Source: an uncultured cyanobacterium (lineage in GTDB: Bacteria > Cyanobacteriota > Cyanobacteriia > Cyanobacteriales > CAWCAG01). From it: a stretch of DNA of 64,000 nt. Below, piece by piece: positions 31,339-42,467 of this stretch (its first letter is position 1; each line of letters begins with the position of its first letter). A program made the position numbers and the translations under genes. The notes below the pieces were generated by a model. It worked only from the letters and a program-made list of their open reading frames with translations. It had not been told where the DNA came from and ran no database searches. Location: contig CAWCAG010000005.1 of the NCBI GenBank assembly GCA_963793425.1, positions 608,001-672,000 on the forward strand, written 5' to 3'.

Positions 31339-31552
31339 GATGATATCTAGCTAGTATGTCGAGATTAAATTAGGAAAGAGTTTTTAAACCTCACCATAAC
31401 TAACATATAAATATTCTCAATCCTGGTAAAAAAATCACAAATTTCGTCTTTTTAGGGAAATTTGCCCAGTTTTAATATTGATATCAAATCAAAATCTGCT
31501 ATTATCTTCTTAACATTCCGATAGCAGAATAGTTATTTTTACTCTTCCTCGC

Positions 31553-32029
31553 ATGCAATACGTAGACACCAAGAAAGTTGCCGAAATGTTAAAGATAACT
31601 CCCCGGCGAGTTGTCTATTTACTGCAACAACGCCGTATTAAAGGAGCCTATAAGATTGGTAAGTTTTGGGCAATTCCTCTATATAAAGGCAAGCCGAAGA
31701 TTTCTCGCGGGAAAAGAGGCCCGGCTCCTCGTTGGTGTCAACCTCGTGTAGGGCCGGTGAAGATTATTCATGTTAATGGAGGGGCGATCGCTCGCAATAG
31801 GAAGAAAAGCAAGCTCGAAGAGTTAGAAGCAGTGATTAGTGTTAAGCACAATAAGGCTAATCATTATGGACACGAGGTAGATATTTATGGCCCTTGTCGT
31901 TTAGTGTATAGCTACGATAAAGCTAAATATGGTGGGGCGAGGTTATGGATAGAAACATACTCAGAGGTTGAGGTGTTTGAGTTTAAAGGAGAGGGCCATT
32001 CTACGATTGAGATGACTAAGTTAGAGTAG
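31553..32029 (+). CDS. Excisionase-like HTH DNA-binding protein
   Basis: VDTKKVAEMLKITPRRVVYLLQQRRIKGAYKIGKFWAIP; C-terminal GARLWIET. Confidence 0.7.
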   Translation: MQYVDTKKVAEMLKITPRRVVYLLQQRRIKGAYKIGKFWAIPLYKGKPKISRGKRGPAPRWCQPRVGPVKIIHVNGGAIARNRKKSKLEELEAVISVKHNKANHYGHEVDIYGPCRLVYSYDKAKYGGARLWIETYSEVEVFEFKGEGHSTIEMTKLE

Positions 32030-32070
32030 CTTTTATCTCCCCTTGTAACAAAACTTAAAAGCATAGCAGC

Positions 32071-32712
32071 TTACTCATTACTCTTGCCAACAAAATTATC
32101 TCTACCTGCCACACTTTCTATCGCTGCTTTCACCGCACGAGAAGCAGCCATGATCTCTTGTTCTGGCCCTCCCAAATAAAGCCGCCCGAAACTACCTACA
32201 GCACTAATTTGTAGTATATTAATTCGGGCAGATTTTTCCGCCTCATTCGCGGCTAAAGCAGCATAGGCAGCAGGTTGTACTTCAAAAACAAACAAAGTTT
32301 GCCCAGCGAGAATCATTTGCCCTCGACAGGTACGATTAATTAGTTGGGCTTGGTGAGAATCAAGATTGCGAATAATCTGACTAGAGATAATGCGAGGTTT
32401 AAGACATTCTTCTTTACCAACTCCTAAAGCCTCCAGAATTGCCCTACCAGCAGCCCTAGTTTCCCCTTGAGAGCTAGAATGAATTTCTAGGACTCCATAG
32501 AGCCTTTCCACCATTTGTACCCCAGGGCGAACAGCGGTGGATTTGAGGGCAACATCAGTAATACGATTAATTTCAATGCCCGGTGAAATTTCAATCCACA
32601 GCGAAGTATCTCCTGGTAGAGGCAAAAAGCCTATAGCTACTTTGCCCATATAAGCAGCGTGTTGAGCCTGTAAGTTATCCAGAAATACGTAACTGCGTAG
32701 TTCTATGCCCAA
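32071..32712 (-). CDS. ccmP: Carboxysome tandem-BMC shell protein CcmP
   Basis: [47 protein letters not shown]. Confidence 0.9.
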   Translation of the reverse strand: MGIELRSYVFLDNLQAQHAAYMGKVAIGFLPLPGDTSLWIEISPGIEINRITDVALKSTAVRPGVQMVERLYGVLEIHSSSQGETRAAGRAILEALGVGKEECLKPRIISSQIIRNLDSHQAQLINRTCRGQMILAGQTLFVFEVQPAAYAALAANEAEKSARINILQISAVGSFGRLYLGGPEQEIMAASRAVKAAIESVAGRDNFVGKSNE

Positions 32713-32786
32713 GGTTCGGATCTCCTTGTATTGGGGGTTGGCTGAATTACCCCTTAACTATTTTCTTGCTCAGCCTTGCCCAAATA

Positions 32787-33431
32787 CTATACAGGATTGG
32801 AGGATTCTTCAGCTTGCTCTTCTTCATTTTCTGTTGTGGCAATGGGCAAAATTTGCTTAACCCGAAAACCAGGAATAACAAAATCTTGGGTTATGACATT
32901 ACGATCCCAAGGCTCTTGTTGCTCAAACTGTTCCTTATTAGTAATAAGTACCCCTAATACACTGACAGGAATTTGCAAAAATAAATTACTAGCTAGAAAA
33001 GCTAAAGCCGCTAATAACAATCCAGCAATACGCCATTGAGGAGGGAAAGGCGCTACCATTGCTACGGCAGGGGCAACTAAATAGATTTTCCATAATAACC
33101 AAAACAAAAAAACTGCTGTCATAACAGCCAGCAAGCGATGTTTAGTTGTTTTAAAAAGACTTAAAATTTTGAGTTGTTCAGAGGTTAACTCTTCTGATCT
33201 CAGGGCTAAAATCAAAATACTAAAAATATCAAAAGGTCGATGCCACTGCATCCACAACACAGGGAGAATTCCCAGCGCAGCAATAGGGAGAAATTCTAGC
33301 CAGAAAGGTAAAACAGGATCTCCCACCGCTAGCCCCAACCAAACAACTTGTAGAAACAGGGGTAATACAGCTATACCAGACAGATGAATCCATAAGAAAG
33401 GTTCAGAACGGAAGGAACGGAAGGAGCGCAT
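32787..33431 (-). CDS. Conserved cyanobacterial membrane protein (low-complexity tail family)
   Basis: RSEPFLWIHL, WMQWHRPFDIFS, LFLQIPVSVL; TM helices; downstream of infB. Confidence 0.7.
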   Translation of the reverse strand: MRSFRSFRSEPFLWIHLSGIAVLPLFLQVVWLGLAVGDPVLPFWLEFLPIAALGILPVLWMQWHRPFDIFSILILALRSEELTSEQLKILSLFKTTKHRLLAVMTAVFLFWLLWKIYLVAPAVAMVAPFPPQWRIAGLLLAALAFLASNLFLQIPVSVLGVLITNKEQFEQQEPWDRNVITQDFVIPGFRVKQILPIATTENEEEQAEESSNPV

Positions 33432-33525
33432 TTTTATTTTTGTAGGTAGATAATTGGCTTGTGGTTAGGTTAAAAAAGCTCGGAACTTCCCACCTAACCA
33501 CTTTTTTATCAACTAACCTCACGGT

Positions 33526-36500
33526 CTATTTAGCCGCAAGTGTTCGTCTTCTAGTAACCATTTGATAGGTTTCAATGATATCTCCTTCTTGCCAACTATT
33601 GAACTTATCTATGTTGATACCACATTCAAAGCCAGCGTTGACTTCTTTGACATCATCTTTCATTCGCTTGAGGGAGTCGATACTTCCTTCATAAACAACT
33701 TCGCTCCTCCTACGAACTCGCGCCCTACAGTTACGGACAACTTTGCCTGATTGTACATAACAACCAGCTACAGAACCACGACCAACCTGGAAGACGGCTC
33801 TTACTTCTGTTTGACCTAAGTGTTCTTCTACTTCTTCAGGGTCAAGCAAGCCTTCCATTGCTCCTTGAATGTCATCAAGTAGCTTGTAAATGATATCGTA
33901 TTCGCGGATATAAACCCCTTCTCGGTCAGCCGCCTGACGAGCGCCACTAGCCAAGGTGGTATTGAAGCCAATTACTATGGCTCCACTAGCTGCAGCTAAG
34001 TCTACATCTGTTTCGGTTATTTCCCCAGGAGCAGAAAACAGAACCCTAACTTGTACTTCGTTTTGAGGTAGCTGTTGCAAAGTGCCGAGAATCGCTTCTA
34101 CAGAACCTTGAACGTCTGCTTTCAAGATTAAGTTGAGTTCTTTGAGTTCTCCTTCTTGAGCTTTGGCTGATAGCTCTCCAAGGGTAACGCGACGGGAAGA
34201 CATCGCTTTTTGGAGGCGGGATTCTCGCTTATTATCGGAGCGCTTATCTGCTACGGCCCGGGCTTCTTTTTCACTAGCAAAAGCTTCAAACTCGTCCCCG
34301 GCTGCGGGAACATCCCCCATACCTAATATCTCTACAGCGAAAGAAGGAGATGCTTTTTCAACTCTTTCACCTCGGTCGTCAATCATGGCTCGAATCTTAC
34401 CAAAGGTTGAGCCAGCAACAACGGGATCACCAACTTGTAAAGTTCCGTTTTGAACTAATAAAGTAGCAACCGGTCCCCTGGATTTATCAAGGTTGGCTTC
34501 GATTACTGTTCCTTTAGCTAAGCGATCAGGATTAGCAGATAGTTCTTCAATTTCCGATACCAGCAAGATCATTTCTAAAAGAGTATTTAAGTTTTCTCCT
34601 TTAATGGCGCTCACTGGAACCATAATAGTGTCGCCACCCCATTCTTCCGGAACTAAACCATGTTCAGTTAACTCTTGCTTAACTCTGTCTGGCTCTGCAC
34701 CAGCCTTGTCTACTTTATTAACCGCTACGACAATGGGAACCCCTGCTGCTTTAGCATGGCTGATGGCTTCCCTGGTTTGGGGTTGAACCCCATCATCAGC
34801 AGCTACTACCAAGATGGCAATATCTGTTACTCTTGCTCCCCTAGCACGCATCGCTGTGAAGGCTTCGTGACCAGGAGTATCGAGGAAGACAACTTGTTGG
34901 TCAGCGCCATTATGCTCTACATCAACATGGTAAGCCCCGATATGCTGGGTAATACCTCCCGCTTCTCCTTCAGCAACTTTAGTTTTGCGTATAGCATCAA
35001 GGAGGGTGGTTTTACCATGGTCAACGTGACCCATAATTGTGACCACAGGAGGACGGTGTTGGAGTTGTCCTTTATCTCCTTCCTCAACCATTTCGGTAAC
35101 TTTAGTCGCAGCAGAAGTTTCTTCGGGGATTTCGACTAAGACACCTAACTCTTCTGCCACCATTTTGGCTGTATCAATTTCTAAGGTTTCGGTAATGTTG
35201 ACCGCTACACCTTTAGAGAAAAGCTGCTTAATTATGTCTGTTTCTGGGGTATTTAAAAGGTCAGCCAACTCCCTTAAGGTAAGGTTGTTGCTCAAAGTAA
35301 TTAGTTCTGGCAACTCCTCAACTACTTGGCGATCGCTTTTTTTCTGCTTCCTCTCAAAAGCAGCCGATTTGTTGCCTCCTCTGCTAGGAGCAGCGGGTTT
35401 CTTTTCTTTACGTCTGCTAGGAGAAGTTTGCTTCGTTAAAGATTTGGGTTTTGGAGGACGAGCTACGGACATACTAGCAACCATTGGGATCAAGGACTTG
35501 TCCTTATCTCCATTCAAATCATCATCATCTTCTTCAATGATGAGAGAACGACGCTTTTTAGCAGCAGCTTTGCTAGCTTTATTTTTATTTTCTTGAATTT
35601 CCTCTTCTTCTTCTTCCCACTCTTTGCGTTTAGCAGGACGGGGAGTTGGTCGTTTTAGTTTAGGTTGTTTCCTGACCGACTTTTCTAGTCCCCCTACTTC
35701 ATCGCCAATAGCCTCATCAAAGTTATCAGTACTATCCTTGTCATCAGAAGAATCTAGATTATCCTGTTTAACCTTCTTGCTTTGAGGAGGCTTAGGTAGA
35801 TTGGGCTTCTGTAGCTTAGGAAGAACGGGGACAGGAGTTTCTTTCTCAATCTTAACTGTAGCTGATTTTGGAGATAATTTTTCAGTTTGAACAGATGAAG
35901 AGGCAGATATTTTGGGCTTTTTCGGGACAGGTTTTTCTACCCTAACTGAACGGCGATTATCTCGCTTTGGTCTGGGAGGAGGGCCGATAAGTTGGGCAGA
36001 TGCTTCTTCTGATTGACTGGAAATTTCCTGTTTTTCTGAAGGTTCTTTTTTTGCTTTGATTTGGCTCACTTCTTGAGGAGAAGAAGGAGGTTTAAGTTGT
36101 TGAGTAGAAGATTTTGATTTTCCTTGTTCTGATGAGGGTGATGGTTGTAGTTTTGCGGAGGGATGAGGAGGAGGGGCTAATTGAGCTGAGCTAGAGGTAT
36201 CCCCTTCCTTGGCATTAAGATTTTCCTTAGAAGCATTACGCAGTTTGGGCTGCTTACGAATTTCTAAGATTTCTTGCTTGTGCTTTTTTTTGGGGCGGAC
36301 AGCTTTAGAATTTGGGCTATTACTCGCCCCTCCAGACGATTTGGCTCCGTCTTTATTTTTACCGTTAGTAGAGGCAGGAACATAACGCTCTGCCCCTGCT
36401 CTAATCAATTCTGCTTGAGATTCTGTAATGGTGCTACTGTGACTTTTAACTGAAATATTTAGCTGATCGCAAATTGCTAGAATATCCTTGTTGTCCAAAT

Positions 36501-36546
36501 TCAATTCCTTTGATAATTCGTAAATTCTGACTTTGCCGTTGTTCAT
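33526..36546 (-). CDS. infB: Translation initiation factor IF-2
   Basis: [38 protein letters not shown]. Confidence 0.98.
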   Translation of the reverse strand: MNNGKVRIYELSKELNLDNKDILAICDQLNISVKSHSSTITESQAELIRAGAERYVPASTNGKNKDGAKSSGGASNSPNSKAVRPKKKHKQEILEIRKQPKLRNASKENLNAKEGDTSSSAQLAPPPHPSAKLQPSPSSEQGKSKSSTQQLKPPSSPQEVSQIKAKKEPSEKQEISSQSEEASAQLIGPPPRPKRDNRRSVRVEKPVPKKPKISASSSVQTEKLSPKSATVKIEKETPVPVLPKLQKPNLPKPPQSKKVKQDNLDSSDDKDSTDNFDEAIGDEVGGLEKSVRKQPKLKRPTPRPAKRKEWEEEEEEIQENKNKASKAAAKKRRSLIIEEDDDDLNGDKDKSLIPMVASMSVARPPKPKSLTKQTSPSRRKEKKPAAPSRGGNKSAAFERKQKKSDRQVVEELPELITLSNNLTLRELADLLNTPETDIIKQLFSKGVAVNITETLEIDTAKMVAEELGVLVEIPEETSAATKVTEMVEEGDKGQLQHRPPVVTIMGHVDHGKTTLLDAIRKTKVAEGEAGGITQHIGAYHVDVEHNGADQQVVFLDTPGHEAFTAMRARGARVTDIAILVVAADDGVQPQTREAISHAKAAGVPIVVAVNKVDKAGAEPDRVKQELTEHGLVPEEWGGDTIMVPVSAIKGENLNTLLEMILLVSEIEELSANPDRLAKGTVIEANLDKSRGPVATLLVQNGTLQVGDPVVAGSTFGKIRAMIDDRGERVEKASPSFAVEILGMGDVPAAGDEFEAFASEKEARAVADKRSDNKRESRLQKAMSSRRVTLGELSAKAQEGELKELNLILKADVQGSVEAILGTLQQLPQNEVQVRVLFSAPGEITETDVDLAAASGAIVIGFNTTLASGARQAADREGVYIREYDIIYKLLDDIQGAMEGLLDPEEVEEHLGQTEVRAVFQVGRGSVAGCYVQSGKVVRNCRARVRRRSEVVYEGSIDSLKRMKDDVKEVNAGFECGINIDKFNSWQEGDIIETYQMVTRRRTLAAK

Positions 36547-37080
36547 CCACTATGCCCCGTATTGTTTTGTGTTGTTTTTATTCCATGAGCAATAAAACTT
36601 TATTCATTTTTGTTGCTTGTTGTATGGTGAAGACTCAAATCCTTAAACATTACCTCGTTATAAAAAGTTAATAATAAGTTTGCTTGGGGTAGGGCCTCCT
36701 ACTTAATATATTTTAAAAAAAAACCACCTATTTTACTCATTTATTACCAAACTAGAGAAAAAACCTAATTTTTCAGACTAGAGATATGAGAGCTTATTTA
36801 ACCAAGGAAGATAACTAGGTTTAGGGATTTTAACCTTTTTAGTTTACTTCAAGTCTCTAAGCTTAATTCCAGGATAGAAAGAAAATCATCTAGTTGAAAG
36901 CTTTTTTGCTCTACTATTTCTACTATTATCCGTTAGTAGTGGCATTAGGTAGCTATGGAGCTTACAACTCTACCACCTTCTCTCTACTTAGTTCCAAGTA
37001 ACTACGGTTTTTTGAAAGTAGTTGAGAGAAGTTGTCCTTACTTGCTATTTTAACAAAAATGCCGAAAGTCCCACACCACA

Positions 37081-38604
37081 TTAGTCATTTGGTTGCTCAG
37101 ACCACTTTTCACCTTTTTCAGCGGCTTTAGGAGGTGGAACTTTCGGCATTTTATAACTTATTGGGGAAGGTAAAATCTCTAATTGTTTAGGCTTGTCTTT
37201 ATTGACTTTTTTGGGTTTAGTTACCACGGCTTGAGTTTCCTTTGCTCTTCTTCTTTGGGAAACTCTTTCTTCGCTAGTATCTTCTGTAACTACCTCATAA
37301 AGCAGAGCCAATTTGTCTCCTGTGGTTCCTTTGCGTAACACCCTACCTTTGCGTTGAATAAATTCTCGTGCTGAACTAGTCCCCGATAAAATAATAGCGA
37401 TCCCAGCATCCGGTACATCTACTCCTTCATTGAGAACATGGGAAGCAATCAAGGTTTTGTATTCCCCTTCTCGAAAGCGAGTCAAGATATCGTGACGTTC
37501 TTTAACAGGAGTTTGATGAGTAATAGCAGGGAGAAGAAATTCTTGGGAGACACGATAAACTGTGGCATTGTCATTAGTGAAAACTAGTATTCGCTCTGGA
37601 TAATGGCGGCTAATTAAATCTGTCAAAATTCGCAACTTAGCATCAGTACCTAAAGCAATCTCTTTAGCTTCTCGATGAGCTAGCATTGCTCTTCTACCCT
37701 GGGGAGAGCGGGCGCTAGCTTGGACAAATAGTTGCCAACCTTTAAGACTACCCAAAGAGATTTTTGCTTCTTTGAGGAAATCGTTGCGAGTCTGAATCGC
37801 TTTTTCGTAATTTTTCCTTTCTTGTTGAGATAACTTAACTTTAATTTGTACGGTTTTATGTTCTGCTAAAGCCTTGCCGGATAATTCTTCTGGAGTTTTA
37901 CTATAGACTACCGGACCAATTAAATTATTTAAGTCTCGGTGTTTGCCATCAGAGCGATCTGGGGTAGCTGTTAATCCTAAACGATAAGGGGCGATCGCAT
38001 ATTCGGCAATGACACGGTAAAAATCTGTGGGTAAGTGATGGCACTCATCAAATACCAATAAACCATACTGATTTCCCAAGGCTTCGGCATGGATGGCAGC
38101 ACTATCATAGGTTGAGATTAATATTGGTGTGCGATCCCTTGATCCCCCACCCAATAAACCAATTTCTACATCCGGAAAAGCTGCTAGTAATTGAGCGTAC
38201 CATTGGTGCATTAAATCCAAAGTTGGTACAAGAATCAAGGTGCTGCGGGGGGTAGACTGCATTGCTAATTGAGCCAGATATGTCTTTCCGGCTGCCGTAG
38301 GTAAGACAACAACCCCTCTTCTTCCCCTTTGTTTCCACTCTGCTAAAGCTTCACTTTGATGGGGATAGGGTTCCATCTCAAAGCTAGAAGCTAAATCTAA
38401 GGAGGTAAATTCCTTGGCTTCATCAACAAAATTATGGCCACCAGCTTGTAAAGATTCCACTAAGGAATGATAGTGAATGGCACGAATACGAAACTTTTCT
38501 ACGCGATCATCCCAAGTAGCGTAGTCTACCCAAGCTTTGCCCCTTGGGGGTGGATGCAGAATTAATGTGCCTCGATTGAAGGTTAGGGTGGGGGTACGAG
38601 CCAT
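37081..38604 (-). CDS. XPB/Rad25-like superfamily 2 helicase
   Basis: LPTAAGKT, DECHH, LGLTATP, EGVDVPD, QRKGRVLR. Confidence 0.85.
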   Translation of the reverse strand: MARTPTLTFNRGTLILHPPPRGKAWVDYATWDDRVEKFRIRAIHYHSLVESLQAGGHNFVDEAKEFTSLDLASSFEMEPYPHQSEALAEWKQRGRRGVVVLPTAAGKTYLAQLAMQSTPRSTLILVPTLDLMHQWYAQLLAAFPDVEIGLLGGGSRDRTPILISTYDSAAIHAEALGNQYGLLVFDECHHLPTDFYRVIAEYAIAPYRLGLTATPDRSDGKHRDLNNLIGPVVYSKTPEELSGKALAEHKTVQIKVKLSQQERKNYEKAIQTRNDFLKEAKISLGSLKGWQLFVQASARSPQGRRAMLAHREAKEIALGTDAKLRILTDLISRHYPERILVFTNDNATVYRVSQEFLLPAITHQTPVKERHDILTRFREGEYKTLIASHVLNEGVDVPDAGIAIILSGTSSAREFIQRKGRVLRKGTTGDKLALLYEVVTEDTSEERVSQRRRAKETQAVVTKPKKVNKDKPKQLEILPSPISYKMPKVPPPKAAEKGEKWSEQPND

Positions 38605-38624
38605 TTTTTCAGTTTCGCTGTGAC

Positions 38625-38733
38625 TATAGCAATTCTAAGCCACATGAGGTACATAGCTTTTCCTCATGCTCCCTGTAGCCTACGGCAAGGCTAACGCCAA
38701 CCCTGCTCCCTCAAACCAAGAATTTAGTACCTC
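38625..38733. mobile_element. Truncated MITE-like element (TATAGCAATTC end)
   Basis: Begins TATAGCAATTC; internal IR GAGGTAC (38646-38652) / GTACCTC (38727-38733); the matching outer right end is missing. Confidence 0.5.
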
Positions 38734-38901
38734 GCCTTGGTTATCTTCTTGATGATTCGTGCTATTGAAGGAGCGCGCAGGAAATTACAACGGAAAGAAG
38801 CTTTGGCCGAGGAGGTTACCCCGGAAGAAGCTGTAGCAGTAGAAGAAAGGCTAATTGAGTCTCTTGAACGTCTCAACAATACGATAGAATCTCGGAGTTA
38901 A
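38734..38901 (+). pseudogene. mscL: 3' remnant of large-conductance mechanosensitive channel MscL
   Basis: ALVIFLMIRAIEGARRKLQRKEALAEE...EERLIESLERLNNTIESRS* resembles the end of TM2, the basic cluster and the C-terminal helix of cyanobacterial MscL. Confidence 0.55.
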
Positions 38902-38915
38902 ACGGTGTAAGCACG

Positions 38916-38949
38916 AAGTAGAGACACTATCGATGACGTGCCTCTACTT
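38916..38949. repeat. REP-like GTAG palindrome
   Basis: aagtagagacac...gtgcctctactt; a similar GTAG-headed hairpin lies at 44446-44508. Confidence 0.5.
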
Positions 38950-39070
38950 GAGAGAAATTATGCCTAAGATTACTCCAATTAATCAAAGATCCTCACCAGG
39001 TCTAAGATTTTAGCCACTAGCCACTAGCATATTGCTTTTGGATAAATTTTTTCTTGGAGGTTTCTAGCTT

Positions 39071-39439
39071 TTATCCCACTACTTCCACTAACCGCCAACT
39101 ATTACAATCTGAAATTGCTTTCCTAACATTTTCAAATACTTGCTGGCAATGGTTTTGGGTTTGTAAAGGTAGTTCTTCGTTTTTAATTACCAAATTAACT
39201 CTGACAGCATCTTGAGTAGCGGTAGTTTTATCAATCAAAGCTTCTACCGTCACAAGTTGAGAAAATGCTACGTTGCCAGGACGCTCCCGGGCCATTAGGT
39301 AATCTATAGTTTGGTAAATAATGTTAAAATTACAAGATTCTAGAACTTCCACTAAATATTGGGGAAGGCTAGGGAGGGGAACAGAAAGAGTATAAGAACA
39401 AGTATAGCGAGCCATAATGAAATTAACCTTATAATGCAA
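39071..39439 (-). CDS. Conserved cyanobacterial hypothetical protein
   Basis: MARYTCS...YLMARE...LVTVEALID...KNEELPL...NHC; probable start at MARYT. Confidence 0.7.
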   Translation of the reverse strand: MHYKVNFIMARYTCSYTLSVPLPSLPQYLVEVLESCNFNIIYQTIDYLMARERPGNVAFSQLVTVEALIDKTTATQDAVRVNLVIKNEELPLQTQNHCQQVFENVRKAISDCNSWRLVEVVG

Positions 39440-39746
39440 CAGAGCTAGACCTTAGATTACAAACTTACTCCTCAATTCAAGGCTGCGAATAAGTGTTTGC
39501 TTTGAGGAAGTGTTGTAATTCTTGATTGCTATATCCTTACTAGCTGCTGTACCTCGTGTCGGGATGAAAATCACTGGTACGAACAAATCAAGAATCTTTA
39601 AAGATAAGCAACTACTTTGTTCGCCACCATGATAATTTCTTCTTATTTATAACAAGAAAAATTAAAGTTGAGGTTAAGTTGAATTTTTAAATTGAGTTAC
39701 TTTGACCTCAATTCTAACATTTAATTTTAGGAAGATAATAAAGAAG

Positions 39747-40967
39747 TTATGTATTTTCGATGATTTCTAGTACTGCTTTAGGTGATAATTTCTCCTTAAA
39801 CCAAATAATCTGGGCTGGTACATCCGTGAACTTAACTCCGGCTTTCTCTAAGTTCAAACGCTCAGAAATAGCTAAAATCAGATTATCAACTTGACCCCGA
39901 CGTACTTGATAAAACTTTTTTCTTAAATATTCTGGTCGCCAAAAGCCAATGATTTCCAGGACATAAATACGCCCGTCGGGATGTACTAAGCGAAAGTCAG
40001 GAATCATCACGCTACCAGGAAGAGGAATTAAGTTCACCTCCCTTTCTAAAACCCATTCAGTTTTTTGTTTTTCCCAACGGTTTGCAAAAGCTTGTTCTAA
40101 CATACTATCAAAAGGCTTGCCGGGGGGATAATGAGTTACTAAGCCACATTTGTCATTGATGCGGAAATAGCCAATTTTTTTCGCCCCGGTGTAGGCATCT
40201 TTTTGTTGCAAGGTAGCTTTGAGGTTCCATTTGCTAACGTGCAACAGGGCTGGTAGCATTTTGGCCATGGCTAGACCATAACGAGTACTAGGCTTGAATA
40301 AACTAGTGGGGCCATCTATGGCAATAGTAAAGCCGTGATCAGCATCTCCTTCTATATAACTCATTAGTTGGAAGAGCTTTAGGTAACGGAAAAGCAGCTT
40401 ATACTGTCCAGGAACGTTACGATGAGCATTAATAGTAATTTCACTGGCGCGGTAAAAAATTCCTTGAACTTGAGAGAGATTGTAACGGTGCAGTAAAGCT
40501 TCTGGGGTTGGGGCTTCAAATTGAATAAGCAGACGATTTTCTTGTAAATCTGCGTAAAGTCCGATTTGAATTTCCGGAGGCAAAATTTCTCGGTTTAGTT
40601 CTTGGGAGAGGCTATGGGCTAAGGTTTCTAGAGTAGTAAGTTTTTGTTGAGGGGTAGGAATTGATTGAGCGGCTAAGGCGAAAACTCTTCTTCGTAAATC
40701 TGGGGGTTGTAGGGGACTAACAATTTCAAAGGTAGAAAAACCACTTTTAAGTAGATGAGCTAATCCTCTTTTAATCCGATAATCAATGCTGTCTCCTTCA
40801 AATTCTAAGAGTTTTTTGTCGAGTTCTCCTTGAGTTTTTCCCTTCGCTTCCTCGAAAAAGTTAATTATTTCCCTAGCAAGGCTAAGGTTTTTCTCTTCAA
40901 CAGGTAAGTTTTTCGGGACAATTGTCTCGCCGTTTAAGCGATTAATCAGCAAATCTGTTGGTAACAT
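39747..40967 (-). CDS. DUF790 (Bax1-like) endonuclease
   Basis: RYNLSQVQG, IDGPTSLF..STRYG, FDSMLE, IPDF, EIIGFWRPEYL. Confidence 0.85.
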   Translation of the reverse strand: MLPTDLLINRLNGETIVPKNLPVEEKNLSLAREIINFFEEAKGKTQGELDKKLLEFEGDSIDYRIKRGLAHLLKSGFSTFEIVSPLQPPDLRRRVFALAAQSIPTPQQKLTTLETLAHSLSQELNREILPPEIQIGLYADLQENRLLIQFEAPTPEALLHRYNLSQVQGIFYRASEITINAHRNVPGQYKLLFRYLKLFQLMSYIEGDADHGFTIAIDGPTSLFKPSTRYGLAMAKMLPALLHVSKWNLKATLQQKDAYTGAKKIGYFRINDKCGLVTHYPPGKPFDSMLEQAFANRWEKQKTEWVLEREVNLIPLPGSVMIPDFRLVHPDGRIYVLEIIGFWRPEYLRKKFYQVRRGQVDNLILAISERLNLEKAGVKFTDVPAQIIWFKEKLSPKAVLEIIENT

Positions 40968-41013
40968 TTTGGTAAGGATTCAGGAAGCGGGCAGTTAGCA
41001 ACTTATTACATCT

Positions 41014-41268
41014 TTAAGTTTCTTTCCCTTCTTCTTCTTGGAGAAGTTTGTCTTTGGAATCTCCCCAATAAGCACTATAAGTCCAAACTTCTTGGGTTCC
41101 TTTTTGTTCAGCACTCCAGCGATAAATAGCTGATTTTGGGTTGATGCCAACCTCAATTAACTTTGCTCCCATATAATATTCGGTTTGACGTTTTTTCATT
41201 TCTTTGGCTGCTGAAGAAAAATTACGACTCCAGGTTTGAGACATATGCGCCTGAGTAGGCTTGGCCAT
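41014..41268 (-). CDS. Small conserved hypothetical protein
   Basis: 84-aa ORF with AGAGG RBS; WTYSAYWGDSK. Confidence 0.65.
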   Translation of the reverse strand: MAKPTQAHMSQTWSRNFSSAAKEMKKRQTEYYMGAKLIEVGINPKSAIYRWSAEQKGTQEVWTYSAYWGDSKDKLLQEEEGKET

Positions 41269-41350
41269 TGTTTTACTTACCTCTTTTACTTAATTTGGCA
41301 AAACTAATTTTATATTATTTCACAATTTTATTTTAGATGGGAAAAATTAG

Positions 41351-42463
41351 CTAAATTGTCATGGGCGACTCAACATAAATAGTTGGTTCTTGCAAAACAA
41401 AATCTATTTTGTGAGTGGTTAACTTCTTGGTAATACTTTCATTAGCTAACTCCAATAGTCGCTTACGTAGTTCGAGGGAATTTTCACTAGAGCCTAAGAT
41501 AAAAAAGGTTACTCTTCCGCGACTTCCTGGTTTATCTTCAGGTTCAAATAAAGTAATTTTGGTACTACCGGGATCGATGCCAAAAAGAGAATCTGTACTT
41601 TCTTTGACAACTTGCTCTACTAAGGCAGATTCACTCTTTTCTAAGATTTTAGCAAAGTCGAGATATAACAAGACCATGACCTTTTTTCCCCTGGTCACAT
41701 TTTCAATTTCAAAATTAGCCATATTAGAATTAGGGACAATCATTAAAGTACTTTTTGCTGCTGTACGGATTTTAGTAGAACGTAAACCAATAGATTCAAC
41801 CCTACCGAATGTACCATTGGGAAGGCGAATATATTCCCCTGTAATAAAAGGACGATCTAAGTATAAAACAATAGTTCCTAAAAGCTGTTGCAGAGTGTTT
41901 TGAGCAGCAAAAGCGATCGCTAATCCTCCAATACCTAAACCAGCTAATAAACCCACTAAATCAATATTCTGGCTACGGGCAAAAGAAATAGCAGCAACAA
42001 AGCCGATGGTTATGTTAGCTAAGGTTTCAAAGATTAGTAATAATTCATCAACTTCTCGACCTAATTTTCTGACTAAGTTAATACCGTAGATACGGACAAT
42101 TTGTTTTAATAAACGAGAAATAACCCAAGCAAGGCTAATAGTTACTGCTAAGTCGAGGAAAAACTTCAAGAAATTATATAAGCCTTCGTAGGTTTTGAGC
42201 CAAGAGAAGGATAAGTAAACTAAAATTAGTGTCCCAGCAATTTTTACCGAAGGCGCAATCGGACTGATTATGCTCGAATAAATGTCTTTTCCCTGTTGAG
42301 GGAACCAGCGATAAACAATAATTCTTACGAGAGTAGGAGTAAATCTCCCTACTAAAAGTGCTAACAAAAGAAAGCCGAGAAAAACGGCATAATCAGGAAT
42401 ATTATAGTCAGAAATTATTGCATTGAATTGACTGATATTGCCCTTGAGTTGGGATAAATCCAT
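41351..42463 (-). CDS. MscS family mechanosensitive channel
   Basis: GLGIGGLAIAFAAQ, DRPFITGEYI, GRVESIGLRSTKIR, VPNS. Confidence 0.9.
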   Translation of the reverse strand: MDLSQLKGNISQFNAIISDYNIPDYAVFLGFLLLALLVGRFTPTLVRIIVYRWFPQQGKDIYSSIISPIAPSVKIAGTLILVYLSFSWLKTYEGLYNFLKFFLDLAVTISLAWVISRLLKQIVRIYGINLVRKLGREVDELLLIFETLANITIGFVAAISFARSQNIDLVGLLAGLGIGGLAIAFAAQNTLQQLLGTIVLYLDRPFITGEYIRLPNGTFGRVESIGLRSTKIRTAAKSTLMIVPNSNMANFEIENVTRGKKVMVLLYLDFAKILEKSESALVEQVVKESTDSLFGIDPGSTKITLFEPEDKPGSRGRVTFFILGSSENSLELRKRLLELANESITKKLTTHKIDFVLQEPTIYVESPMTI

Positions 42464-42467
42464 AGAC

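Noticed and set aside
34163..35596. Several + strand ORFs within infB, and similar ones inside glnA, purL, ftsH and mscS
   Set aside because: Antisense shadows of well-supported genes
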